39,196 nt of DNA, taken from positions 1 to 39,196 of IMG/VR virus record IMGVR_UViG_3300028585_000045; one strand, written 5' to 3'. The translations under genes and the position numbers were made by a program. Within the stretch, counting starts at the first letter, position 1. The number at the start of each line of letters is the position of its first letter. The DNA is from a virus. Lineage: Duplodnaviria; Caudoviricetes. The notes below the pieces were generated by a model that searched no databases, was not told where the DNA came from, and saw only the letters and a list, made by a program, of their open reading frames with translations. Positions 27,541 through 36,484 of the stretch are shown in pieces.

Positions 27541-28955
27541 TGGCCGTCACAACCTTTCTGGGCAACATTCGCGGCCCTCGGGGCTTGCAGGGCGACAAGG
27601 GTGCACAGGGTCTGCCTGGCATTCAGGCTGTCGAGAACGACGAGGCGGTTGCCGGTTACGTCGGCACGTCGGGCACGTCGAAGACGCAGACCGCTGTCGA
27701 CGGTCGCATTGCCGTGCGGACCCGCGGTAAGGCCGACGCGGCGGCGCTGTCGGGCACACCGCTTCCGGCAGGCCGCAAAGTCGTCTTCCTTGGCGACAGC
27801 CACACTGAGGGCATCGGCACCAGCAACCCTGTGCAGGCTTTCGCTCGCCGCTCCCTGCACCTCGCGGGGACGTACAACTTCTCCGTCGCCAAGTCGATCA
27901 ACGCTGGCATCGGCGGCAACACGTCCACTCAGATGCTGGCGCGCATCGACGCGCTGCTGACGGACGATGTTGGACTACTGGTGCTCGAGGCAGGCGCGAA
28001 CGACAGCAAGGTGGCCGGCTTCACCCCAGCACAGTTCGCGGCCAACATGGATGAGATGGTGCAGCGTGCCCGCGTCAAGGGCATCCCCGTCGTCATGGTC
28101 GGAGTGCCGCCGAAAGAAGCGAGCGTGACGTCGGACAACGCCCGGTTCATGGCAAACATCGACATCTACAACTCATGGATGCGGTTCTACTGCCAGACCA
28201 ACGGGATCCCGTTTGCCGACATCTACCCGGACCTGGCAGACCCGACGACGTTCATGCTCAAGCCCAGCCTCGCTAACACTGAGGTGCAGCACATCAACAG
28301 CTACGGGCACGAGATCATCGCTCAGATCGTTGCTCGACGGATGCGTGAGGCAATCGTCGTGGCAACCGTCCCGGAGAAGTCCCAGCGCGCCATCAACCTC
28401 GTGTCTAACGGGTTTATGGCCGGGGACGGCAGCACCGGCGGACTGACCGGACTCCCGACCGGGTGGTCGCGCATCTCCGCCACCGGGCCGACGTTCAGTA
28501 TCGAGTCGGACACGAGTGGGCAGCTCCCTGGTGGCCGGTGGCTTGCGGTAAACCTGCCCACCGGCACGACGACCGCGACCGTGCAAGCATCTGTCGGGTT
28601 CTCTGCAAAGGCAGGCGACGTGCTTGCCATCTCCGGCGTCATCCTCATCGAAGACGTCTCGGGAGACTGGGAAAACAGCTGCGTCGCCGGCACAGCCAAC
28701 GCGTTCATGGAACTTCGACGCGATGCAGCAGGAACGGGCATCACGCCCTCATTCGACCGAACCCCTGGCCTCAACATTGGTGGCAACCGGTTTGTTCAGG
28801 ATCGCACTTGGTACGTCGGAACCGCGACTGCAACAAACGCCGAGTACCTGTTCCGGTTCAACGTCACCAAGCCAAGCGGCTCAAGCGCCAAAGCCCGACT
28901 CGGAGCCGTCTCTGTCATCAACCTGACGCAGAACTCACTGACGGAATGGTCATAG
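27540..28955 (+). CDS. Tail fibre/receptor-binding protein with SGNH/GDSL esterase domain
   Basis: Collagen-like GPRGLQGDKGAQGLPG; SGNH blocks FLGDSHT, AGIGGNTS, AGAND and HINSYGH; C-terminal beta-sandwich. Confidence 0.8.
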   Translation: MAVTTFLGNIRGPRGLQGDKGAQGLPGIQAVENDEAVAGYVGTSGTSKTQTAVDGRIAVRTRGKADAAALSGTPLPAGRKVVFLGDSHTEGIGTSNPVQAFARRSLHLAGTYNFSVAKSINAGIGGNTSTQMLARIDALLTDDVGLLVLEAGANDSKVAGFTPAQFAANMDEMVQRARVKGIPVVMVGVPPKEASVTSDNARFMANIDIYNSWMRFYCQTNGIPFADIYPDLADPTTFMLKPSLANTEVQHINSYGHEIIAQIVARRMREAIVVATVPEKSQRAINLVSNGFMAGDGSTGGLTGLPTGWSRISATGPTFSIESDTSGQLPGGRWLAVNLPTGTTTATVQASVGFSAKAGDVLAISGVILIEDVSGDWENSCVAGTANAFMELRRDAAGTGITPSFDRTPGLNIGGNRFVQDRTWYVGTATATNAEYLFRFNVTKPSGSSAKARLGAVSVINLTQNSLTEWS

Positions 28956-29205
28956 ACCGGTCATCTGTTCCCACCGGGACTCGTTCTCACACCATGACGA
29001 GCAGAAGCCTGTCCCGTCTACCGGTTCATTCTCGCGGCAATAGCCACACATCGACTCGCTGACCGCCCGACGACTCTCCCATCGCTGCAGGAGAGTCAGC
29101 AGCGGAAATGACGCATCGACCATGGGTGAAGGCTAATCGGCCGCCACCGACAACGACAAGGCCCCTGCTACGGCGGGGGCCTTCCTCATGCCCGCAGGAG
29201 GCAGC

Positions 29206-29970
29206 ATGGAAGTGAACGGACGCACCCTCGTTCTCATCCCGAACACCGCAGATGTCATCACCAACGGCGCGCAGTACATCGACGCGGAACTGCTGCCTAG
29301 CTTCCAAGCTGCCGCCGCCGAGTTCCGCGCAGAGGCCGGTGTACCGGTCTACGTCGCTGAGGCGTACCGCTCTGACGACGACCAGCGAACGATGTTCCTC
29401 GCCCGCTACTTCCGAGTCAGCTACCCAACCGGCGTCCGCTACGACGGCAGCTACTGGGTCAAGTTCAAGGGGGCAGCCACGGCTGCCGTCCCTGGCAGCG
29501 TCTTTGCCCGGCACCGGCTTGGGCAGGCGCTGGACCTCTGGTCCGGCATCGACACGTCATTCTCTTCGCCCAATCACCGCATCTGGGTACGTGCCGCCGC
29601 AAAGCACGGCTGGGTCAACACGGGCCGCAACTTTGGCGAGCCGTGGCACCAGCAGAGAACACCGAGCGCGGTCCCCGCTGCGCCCGCCCCCACCCCCATC
29701 GCAGAGTCCCAGGAGGACGACGACATGACCGAAAACGACCGCAAGATCCTCAACCAGGCAGCCGCTGACGCCAAGGCTGCCCGTGAGCACGCAGACACCG
29801 CCAAGCAGGCCGTGGCACGGCTCGAGGCCCAGACCATCGGGACCGGCAAGTACACCATCATCAACAACCTCGAGACGATCAAGAAGTCTCAGGCCCGAGT
29901 CGAGCGCCTGGCCAACACCATCTCTGACGGCATTGGCAAGCTGCTGGGCCACTTCAAAGTCAAGCCCTGA
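29206..29970 (+). CDS. Endolysin, peptidase M15 (VanY-like)
   Basis: AYRSxxxQ, AAVPG..RHRLGQALD, EPWH; AGGAGG RBS before ATG 29206. Confidence 0.85.
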   Translation: MEVNGRTLVLIPNTADVITNGAQYIDAELLPSFQAAAAEFRAEAGVPVYVAEAYRSDDDQRTMFLARYFRVSYPTGVRYDGSYWVKFKGAATAAVPGSVFARHRLGQALDLWSGIDTSFSSPNHRIWVRAAAKHGWVNTGRNFGEPWHQQRTPSAVPAAPAPTPIAESQEDDDMTENDRKILNQAAADAKAAREHADTAKQAVARLEAQTIGTGKYTIINNLETIKKSQARVERLANTISDGIGKLLGHFKVKP

Positions 29971-29999
29971 CCCTCAATACGTAACCCTGGGGAGGGCGC

Positions 30000-30320
30000 A
30001 TGGACCTTGCATTCTTGGCCAGCTATTCCGACATCGGTGCCGGCGCAATCGTCGTCGGCGTCGTCATCTTCATCCTTACCGGCAAACTCGTCCCAATCAC
30101 CACACACCGCCGCGAACTGGACCGTGAACGCGCCCGTGGTGACGAGTGGAAAGAAGCACACGGGACGTCCGAGCTTGGCCGTAAAGCGGCGCTCGAGCAG
30201 AACGGTGCCCTACTTGCCGGGGTCAGAATCGCGGACAAGTTCTACCGCGACTTCCTACCGCCCGTACCCGACGCAACGACGATCCCGCACATGTCGGGAG
30301 GTTCAGATGTGGCCGTTTAA
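30000..30320 (+). CDS. Lysis-cassette membrane protein
   Basis: One transmembrane segment (IVVGVVIFILTGKLVP) followed by a coiled coil. Confidence 0.75.
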   Translation: MDLAFLASYSDIGAGAIVVGVVIFILTGKLVPITTHRRELDRERARGDEWKEAHGTSELGRKAALEQNGALLAGVRIADKFYRDFLPPVPDATTIPHMSGGSDVAV

Positions 30321-30507
30321 ACGCAAGACAGCACCACGTACGGACGTCTTCGAGGCGCAGGAAGCCAAGCGCGCCGCAACAACCGACCTCGAGAAGGTCG
30401 ACAGCCAACGCGCCGAGGTGCGGCAGCTGGTCGACTCGCTCGAGCGCCGGCGCATCAAGAACAACTTCGGTGACGCCCTCGTCATCGCCATGGAGGCCCG
30501 CAAGTGA
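30307..30507 (+). CDS. Small lysis-cassette protein
   Basis: GGAGG RBS, ATG 30307 (MWPFKRK...RRRIKNNFG). Confidence 0.7.
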   Translation: MWPFKRKTAPRTDVFEAQEAKRAATTDLEKVDSQRAEVRQLVDSLERRRIKNNFGDALVIAMEARK

Positions 30508-30866
30508 GACCCATCAGCAACGGAATCGTGTGGCTCGATGTCATCCCGAACGCCATCGCCGGCGCGGCCTGTGTCGCGGCGGTCCTGTTCGTGGTCATCT
30601 ACGCGTCTTTCTCCAACTGGCGCAAGACCAGGCCCGGCCGGTCGCTGATGTACGCAGTCCTCGCCCTCGCGAGCGTCCTCGCGATGAACACTCTCCACCT
30701 GGCGTTCGCCCCCTACCCGGGAGTCGAGATAGTTCGCATCGCGGTGTACTCCGGATTGCTCTTCTCGATCGTCAGGCTCGTCATCGCCCTCGTCGCAGTC
30801 CTCCGGAACACCGAAGACGTCGACCTGAACTCATTCATCCAGCACGACCACAAGGAGCCCAAGTGA
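30504..30866 (+). CDS. Putative holin (3 TM)
   Basis: Three hydrophobic segments; WRKTRPGRSLM. Confidence 0.7.
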   Translation: MRPISNGIVWLDVIPNAIAGAACVAAVLFVVIYASFSNWRKTRPGRSLMYAVLALASVLAMNTLHLAFAPYPGVEIVRIAVYSGLLFSIVRLVIALVAVLRNTEDVDLNSFIQHDHKEPK

Positions 30867-31162
30867 CCAACGCCGACACCAACGTCCAGGAAATCTGGTT
30901 CAAGACTCAGCGCGTGCTTCGCACCGTCGTCGCGGTCGGAATCCCCGCCTTCATCTCCCTCGCGCTCGTCCTGCCGCAGATCATCGAGGCGCTCGGACTT
31001 CCCCTGACTTCCGAGCTCTACGCATGGCTCGTCGGAGTAGCCGCCGGCGTCACCGCGGTCGCAGGTGCTTTCACCCGGGTCATGGCCATCCCCGTCGTCA
31101 ACCGGTGGCTCGTCCGCATCGGGCTCGGCTCCGTCCCGCGCACGGAGCTCGCCAAGGTCTGA
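30863..31162 (+). CDS. Putative holin (2 TM)
   Basis: AAGGAG RBS, GTG 30863; RVLRT...TRVMAIPVVNRWL. Confidence 0.75.
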   Translation: MTNADTNVQEIWFKTQRVLRTVVAVGIPAFISLALVLPQIIEALGLPLTSELYAWLVGVAAGVTAVAGAFTRVMAIPVVNRWLVRIGLGSVPRTELAKV

Positions 31163-31170
31163 CGACCTAT

Positions 31171-31227
31171 AAACGAAGACCCCCGCGCCCTCCCTCGTGG
31201 AGTGGTGCGGGGGTCCCTTCGTCGTTT
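31171..31227. terminator. Probable bidirectional terminator ending the late operon
   Basis: GACCCCCGCGCC/GGTGCGGGGGTC stem with an AAACGA...TCGTTT extension, between convergent genes. Confidence 0.7.
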
Positions 31228-31511
31228 CAGGGCTGTCTGGCCACAAACCACTCGAGGCACACGAGCGGCCCATCGCGACTCGCGAACCGTTCGCCCTCGT
31301 CCCAGACGATCCAGCCGTCGTGCAGATCGTAGAAGACGGAGAGCCCACGCACGAGGCCAGGCCTGTCCCGCGCGATGCTGAAGCTGCGAGGGTTCACCGA
31401 CACGGCCAGGGCCCGCAGCGTGTACTCGCCGACCCTGTACCGCTCGGTAGAGTTCAGGCCCGCCTCGCGCAGCTGAGCCTCGCGGGAGCGTTTGTCGGGT
31501 TGGACTGTCAC
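31227..31511 (-). CDS. Small protein, probably DNA-damage inducible
   Basis: GTG 31511 lies 7 nt after the TATGGT -10 box; alternative start is ATG 31523. Confidence 0.6.
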   Translation of the reverse strand: MTVQPDKRSREAQLREAGLNSTERYRVGEYTLRALAVSVNPRSFSIARDRPGLVRGLSVFYDLHDGWIVWDEGERFASRDGPLVCLEWFVARQP

Positions 31512-31514
31512 GCC

Positions 31515-31540
31515 TCGAACCATAGATCGAGCGTCCGACA
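31515..31540 (-). promoter_or_regulatory. PafBC-type promoter overlapped by an SOS-box-like site
   Basis: Minus strand TGTCGG-ACGCTCGATC-TATGGT; plus strand TCGAAC-CATA-GATCGA (one mismatch to TCGAAC-N4-GTTCGA). Confidence 0.7.
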
Positions 31541-31546
31541 AGAGGA

Positions 31547-33133
31547 CTACCCGACGATGGTCAGGGACGTCCGTGCGCCCGCGTTTCCGGACGAATCTAA
31601 AGACCAAACGTTAAGCGTGTACGTCTGGCCCGCGGCCAACTGCGGCAGGACGGCACTCGTAGCGCTCTTCCTCGTGACGGAGAGACCGCCCGTGGGAAGA
31701 CTGCCGACGCCCTTGCCGGGGGCCAGGCGTGCCAGCGCATTCGTCGAGTCTTTCGACGCAGACCCTTGCCATGTGACGGTCTTGACGCCATTCACAGAGC
31801 CGACCCGAAGGTTCGTAACGGGCGCTGGTGCGGTCTTATCGGCCCGATCGCGCCATTGAAGCGAGCCAATCATCTCACCGGACTGAGATCTGCACCTTAG
31901 CGTCCAGGACATCTTGGCTGAGAGCAAGCTCCCGGCGGCGTCAACATCGAACGAGGCTATCGTCACCTTGCCCGAGTAGGCACCGCATCCCCGGCCGTTT
32001 CCTGTAACACGTAGACCGTATTGCGCAGACGAGTCAGCCTCGGGACCGAGCGTATCGCGAGTCTCGTATGTCCCTGGCTTGATCTGACCATGATCGTACT
32101 TCTGCAATTCGACGGTGGAACTTTCCATTCCGTTTTCGAGACCGTACGGTCGCGTGGGGTTGAAGGACCATGTCGATTCGGGAGATCCAAGGACAGTGAT
32201 GGAGTTGGCTCCATCCGGGAACGAGTGCGCAGTTCCACCAGAGACGTAGTCGTCTCCGGAGTACTGGAAGGCAGTGGTACCGAGCGGGGCGCTCCCTGTG
32301 ACGGAGAAGGTTTTGATCTTCGTTCCGGTCTTAACGCTGACGATGCCGGTCCGGGGACCTGCCTTCGTGGGGACAAAACCGACGTTGAACGTGCAGGCTG
32401 CACCAGGGCTCAGCGTCTTGCCGACGCACCCGTTCGTGGCAATACGAAAGTCCGTTGCAGCGCCGTTCGTGACCGACGCGGTCCCGATCTTAAACGAAGA
32501 AGTGCTCGTGTTGGTTATCTTCTGCTGAGTCCAGATCGGTACGGAGCCTATGGGTGTGGTCGGGTACTGAATGTTTGTCGTCCCGAACACTGCCCCGGTG
32601 TCGGCGGCTTGACCCATGCGGATCTGACCGAAAAACGCGCTTCTTGTCGATTCAGTTCCGTTACGGAACACAAGGTCGAAGCGGGTGAGATTGCCTTGCG
32701 CATCGGCGGCAAGGTCGAGAATTTCCAGATCGCCAACAAGATTGATGCCCCTGTGGCCGATCGCCAAACTGACCTCATCGTCGTTCGGAATTTGCGGGCT
32801 GTAGGGAATGACGTAGCGCCCGATCCGCAACTTGGTTCCCTGGGCCGGCGTGAAGTCAAAGGTGAAGGCATCGTCCCCGCCCGGCTTGCTAGGTGCGCCA
32901 GTCATGACAATTCCACCGCTCAGCGTGGCGCGGCTCACCGTTGCGGAAGCTCCCAAACTCGAGTGCTGACGTCCAACCGCATACTCGGGGTCTTCGGTGC
33001 TGCTGACCGAGAGGACGGTCGTCCCGATCGGAGCCGCGATCGCTTCGTCTGCAGGGCCAGCCACTGAACCCATCAAGCATGCAGTGATTGCGACAACTGC
33101 TACCAATTCCAATTTGGTTTTCAGACCACGCAT
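31547..33133 (-). CDS. Secreted multidomain protein (choice-of-anchor D/Ig-like plus Fn3)
   Basis: GAGGAG RBS, ATG 33133; signal peptide; ITNTSTSS...TNGCVGKTLSPGAACTFNVGFVPTKAGPRTG; C-terminal DKTAPAPVTNL...YTLNVWSLDSSGN. Confidence 0.8.
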   Translation of the reverse strand: MRGLKTKLELVAVVAITACLMGSVAGPADEAIAAPIGTTVLSVSSTEDPEYAVGRQHSSLGASATVSRATLSGGIVMTGAPSKPGGDDAFTFDFTPAQGTKLRIGRYVIPYSPQIPNDDEVSLAIGHRGINLVGDLEILDLAADAQGNLTRFDLVFRNGTESTRSAFFGQIRMGQAADTGAVFGTTNIQYPTTPIGSVPIWTQQKITNTSTSSFKIGTASVTNGAATDFRIATNGCVGKTLSPGAACTFNVGFVPTKAGPRTGIVSVKTGTKIKTFSVTGSAPLGTTAFQYSGDDYVSGGTAHSFPDGANSITVLGSPESTWSFNPTRPYGLENGMESSTVELQKYDHGQIKPGTYETRDTLGPEADSSAQYGLRVTGNGRGCGAYSGKVTIASFDVDAAGSLLSAKMSWTLRCRSQSGEMIGSLQWRDRADKTAPAPVTNLRVGSVNGVKTVTWQGSASKDSTNALARLAPGKGVGSLPTGGLSVTRKSATSAVLPQLAAGQTYTLNVWSLDSSGNAGARTSLTIVG

Positions 33134-33585
33134 GCAGACGCTCCTCGTCGTTGTGGGCGAATACGCCGAGGTCAGTATGCCCGCTACCAGACCCGATGGT
33201 TCGGCACGGAAAAGGAAGAGGGCGGGCACCGGGTATTTCAGGACCCGGGCCCGCCCCGCGGAACTGTGCAGATCCGCAGCCGGTCTCTCTGGCACACCCC
33301 GGGGCCGGGGTGGCCAGGAAAGCAGCAGGACTGACGGTAGCGCACGCCGCGCAGGGTGTGGCAGCGAACCCTTATGTTTCCGTTGGCCTGTCAGGCAAGA
33401 CGCACTCCTGCCCACGCTTGTTGACATACGCCGTCGCTTCAGGTCTAGTGCGATATCAACTGCGAATCGATCGCCGTAGGCTGACGAGTGACCGACCCCT
33501 AGATGGACCGGCCATCCGACTTCGGTAGACCCCGAGGCATGGGCAACCTTTACATGCCGTCCGCCTCAGCCACTAGCCTCGCTTT

Positions 33586-34044
33586 GTGACTGCAGACGTG
33601 TGCGCGACCTTAGTGACCGTATTTCCCGTACTCTTGCTGATCTCCCTTGTAGAGGGGAGGGCCGTTAGCCCTGCCCTTCGTAAAGGCGTGTTCTACATCC
33701 TGACCGTTGGAGTCGGGTCCTGCATTGGCTTAGCCGGAACCACCCTGACCGCATATGGTCTCGAACATGGCCTCTGTGATGTCATGGGCTGGATCGCTCG
33801 CGGACTGTTCTATGCCCACCTTCTCTGCGTGCTTGGGCTTGTTGTACTCCTCTTCAAGACCTACGACCACGAGGATGGCAACGTCAGTTCCTTCGGATCT
33901 AAGAAGCACAAAGAGGCTGCAGCACTCAAGCGTACAAGTGGTCCAGATACCTCGACGGAAAGCGGCTCTGACACTAAGGAAAAAGTCATCCAGAAGGAGC
34001 GTTTCAAGTTCGAGCTGCGACTGGTGGTTCATCGCAAGCCCTAG
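33586..34044 (+). CDS. Membrane protein (3 TM)
   Basis: Three hydrophobic segments and a charged tail; TAGCCT -10 box just before the GTG. Confidence 0.6.
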   Translation: MTADVCATLVTVFPVLLLISLVEGRAVSPALRKGVFYILTVGVGSCIGLAGTTLTAYGLEHGLCDVMGWIARGLFYAHLLCVLGLVVLLFKTYDHEDGNVSSFGSKKHKEAAALKRTSGPDTSTESGSDTKEKVIQKERFKFELRLVVHRKP

Positions 34045-34057
34045 GACGCGCAGACCA

Positions 34058-34642
34058 CTAGACCTCGAGAACTACTAGCAGTTCGTCAGCCGCAGCAAGT
34101 AGCGAGTCCCAGTCATAAGCGTCCGCGTCGAGCGGGCGCAAAAACTTGACCCGGATGCGTAGGGGTTCCTCGGTGACGGCCAGCAAAGCGTTCCCCGAGG
34201 CCTTCGCCAGCTCTCCCTGAACGTCAAGAAGACCCCCTGGCCCCGCCAGGTCATGAACAGTCAGCTGCTGACGGACGGTCTTAAGAGACTTGCTTAGACG
34301 CTTCCGTGTTGTCGCGTCGAGGTTGTGAGCACCCCACTCCCGAGCCAGCGTGTGCAGGCCCGCGAGGAACTGGGCAGCTTCAGCGTGCACGACGTCATCA
34401 CGAGCTGCGACACGGGTGTATCGGTTTGCCTCGATCTCCACTAGGCCGTAGGTGTGAAGCTGCGCAATTGCTTCCCTGACGGGCGTGCGGGACACCCCGA
34501 GCCACTTGCAGAGTTCGTCGTCGTTAAGCCGCTCGCCTGGCTCGAGCGTTCCGTCGACGATGGCAGCGAGGAGCTTGTCGAAGACGACGTCGCGCAGGAG
34601 GCGTCGCGGGCCAGTGGTCGTACTAGATGCGGGGACAGGCAT
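34058..34642 (-). CDS. GntR-family transcriptional regulator
   Basis: IVDGTLEPGERL...LGVSRTPVREA wHTH; SGNALL FCD-like C-terminal domain. Confidence 0.9.
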   Translation of the reverse strand: MPVPASSTTTGPRRLLRDVVFDKLLAAIVDGTLEPGERLNDDELCKWLGVSRTPVREAIAQLHTYGLVEIEANRYTRVAARDDVVHAEAAQFLAGLHTLAREWGAHNLDATTRKRLSKSLKTVRQQLTVHDLAGPGGLLDVQGELAKASGNALLAVTEEPLRIRVKFLRPLDADAYDWDSLLAAADELLVVLEV

Positions 34643-34772
34643 GTCTGCATGATACGCGTGTTTGTGTCTGATATGTCAAGCGGGAGGCTATGTCTTGGCG
34701 AGAGCAGATCAAAAACCTTCTGTACAGGTAAACAGGATCCCTGGACGTCACGAACAGAGAGACAATTGCCTT

Positions 34773-35018
34773 ATGTCACAACGCACTATTGTTCAACTCA
34801 TCGACGACCTCGACGGCACGGTTATCCCTGGCGGGCTGGGTCGCACTCTCCTGTTCGAGCTTGACGGTACGACGTACGAAATCGATCTGGCTGACGCTCA
34901 CATAGACGAACTGCGGACCGCACTTGCTCCGTACCTGAGCGCGGGACGTCGTCTGTCCGCCGGCCTGGCCATGAAGCAACGGAAGACGAGAGCCGCTCAG
35001 TCATCTGACCGAGGCTAG
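34773..35018 (+). CDS. lsr2: Lsr2-like protein, dimerisation domain only (truncated)
   Basis: LIDDLDG...FELDGTTYEIDL...LRTALAPYLSAGRR; stops before the DNA-binding domain. Confidence 0.8.
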   Translation: MSQRTIVQLIDDLDGTVIPGGLGRTLLFELDGTTYEIDLADAHIDELRTALAPYLSAGRRLSAGLAMKQRKTRAAQSSDRG

Positions 35019-35089
35019 GCGTCAGCCATGCGCGCGACGCCCGTGTCAAGCCATCAGCGCGGAAGGCTTCGTCCTGCTGTACAAAATGG

Positions 35090-35442
35090 ATGCAGCACCT
35101 CACCTTCGCGGGCAAAATTTCCGTGTCGGCGACAACACCGCTGATGCCGTGCTGGAGTACGCCGCCATGCTGGGGCAGGGTCGCACCGCCGACACGATCG
35201 ACCTCAACGCCATCGATGCCGATGGCGACGAGGTACAGGCCACCATGTTCCTCTCGGCAGGCGTTCGGCGGGTCTCCGAATGGACATCCAGCACCCTTCC
35301 TGAGCCAGACAACACTGCTGCGCTTATATACATCCAAGGTCGACTCGCGTTGCAGGTCAGCCCAGCACCTTTCGACACTGACCCGTTCTTCGATGAGCAC
35401 GAGGACAAGAACGACGACGACGGCTTCGGCACCCTGGGGTGA
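35090..35442 (+). pseudogene. Probably frameshifted conserved hypothetical gene
   Basis: MQHLTFAGK (from 35090) joins NFRVGDNTADAVLEYAA (other frame) if one A is added to the run at 35114-35117. Confidence 0.55.
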
Positions 35443-35585
35443 CATCCGGACATAACCTCGGTGCTCCATGTAGAGCAGATGTGACGCCGTACGGATCCCC
35501 GTCTGACAGGTTCGGCCATTTCGTTCCTCCCGCCTATGCTGAAGAGGTTGCGACATGGCGTCCGCCTGTCCGGGGAGCTAAGTCA

Positions 35586-36401
35586 ATGCGAGACATGCGG
35601 GTAGTTGGTGGTTACAGCGCCGCATCTCTGCGCCATGCGTATCAGTCTGCCTCTGACAACGCGCATGCTCGCATCGACTTGACGCGGGCTGGCTTTTTCT
35701 CGCCTGCTGGTGTTATAGCTGTATGCGTTTTCGCTGATCGGGCAGTCCGAGATGGTCGTAGCGTCGAGTTGCTCGCCCCGGAAAATCCGAACATTGCTAA
35801 TTACCTGGCTCGAATGAGGCTATCCGTTGCCTTAACGACGCTGGGCGTGAGCCACAATCTGCCCTCAGTTCGCGAGCACAACACAGGCGGTTCGCTCCTT
35901 GAGCTGCACAGATTTGACGCCAAAACGGGCGTGGAGACGCTGGCCGCGCACGTCTTCGAACAGACCGAGGGGCACCACCCCAAGGCTGCGGCCGCAATTT
36001 TCAAATGCATCGCAACCACGTGCGAAAATGTGGGCGATCATTCCAAGCGGCGACACGGGTACGTTTTGGCCCAGAAGACCTACGACCAAACAAAGCTGCA
36101 CTTTGCCGTAGCGGACGCAGGCCAGGGGTTCCGAGCGTCGTTGCGTACGCGCGGGGCGGCATCATCGGCAGAGGCCCTGGACATGGCGACTCGAGCAGGC
36201 GTCTCTGGTTTGAGCGACCAAGCTCGCGGGTACGGTCTGCACGAGATGATTGCCAACCTCAAGGCTGTTAAGGGGAATCTGTCACTGCATTCCGGCAAGG
36301 CGTCGCGTACGGAATACTACACAGGATATGTTGACAGGCTTGAATCGAAAGTGGCAATCCAAGGGTCGATTTTGGAAGGTATGATTCCCCTCCGCGGTTG
36401 A
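35586..36401 (+). CDS. STAS-like + GHKL (HATPase) anti-sigma-kinase-like protein
   Basis: STAS-like IDLTRAGFFSPAG; N box ENVGDH; G1 VADAGQG; G2 GVS...RGYGL; G3 LHSG; GGGGAG RBS. Confidence 0.8.
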   Translation: MRDMRVVGGYSAASLRHAYQSASDNAHARIDLTRAGFFSPAGVIAVCVFADRAVRDGRSVELLAPENPNIANYLARMRLSVALTTLGVSHNLPSVREHNTGGSLLELHRFDAKTGVETLAAHVFEQTEGHHPKAAAAIFKCIATTCENVGDHSKRRHGYVLAQKTYDQTKLHFAVADAGQGFRASLRTRGAASSAEALDMATRAGVSGLSDQARGYGLHEMIANLKAVKGNLSLHSGKASRTEYYTGYVDRLESKVAIQGSILEGMIPLRG

Positions 36402-36484
36402 GGCTTACGTAGCGCAACTCGATGTGTCATACTCGAAGTGTCAAAAATTTGCAAGCTTGTAATGATGACAGCAAGGGAGGAATC

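Noticed and set aside
24393-28955. Diversity-generating retroelement or invertible tail-fibre cassette
   Set aside because: No reverse transcriptase, invertase or template/variable repeat pair was seen.
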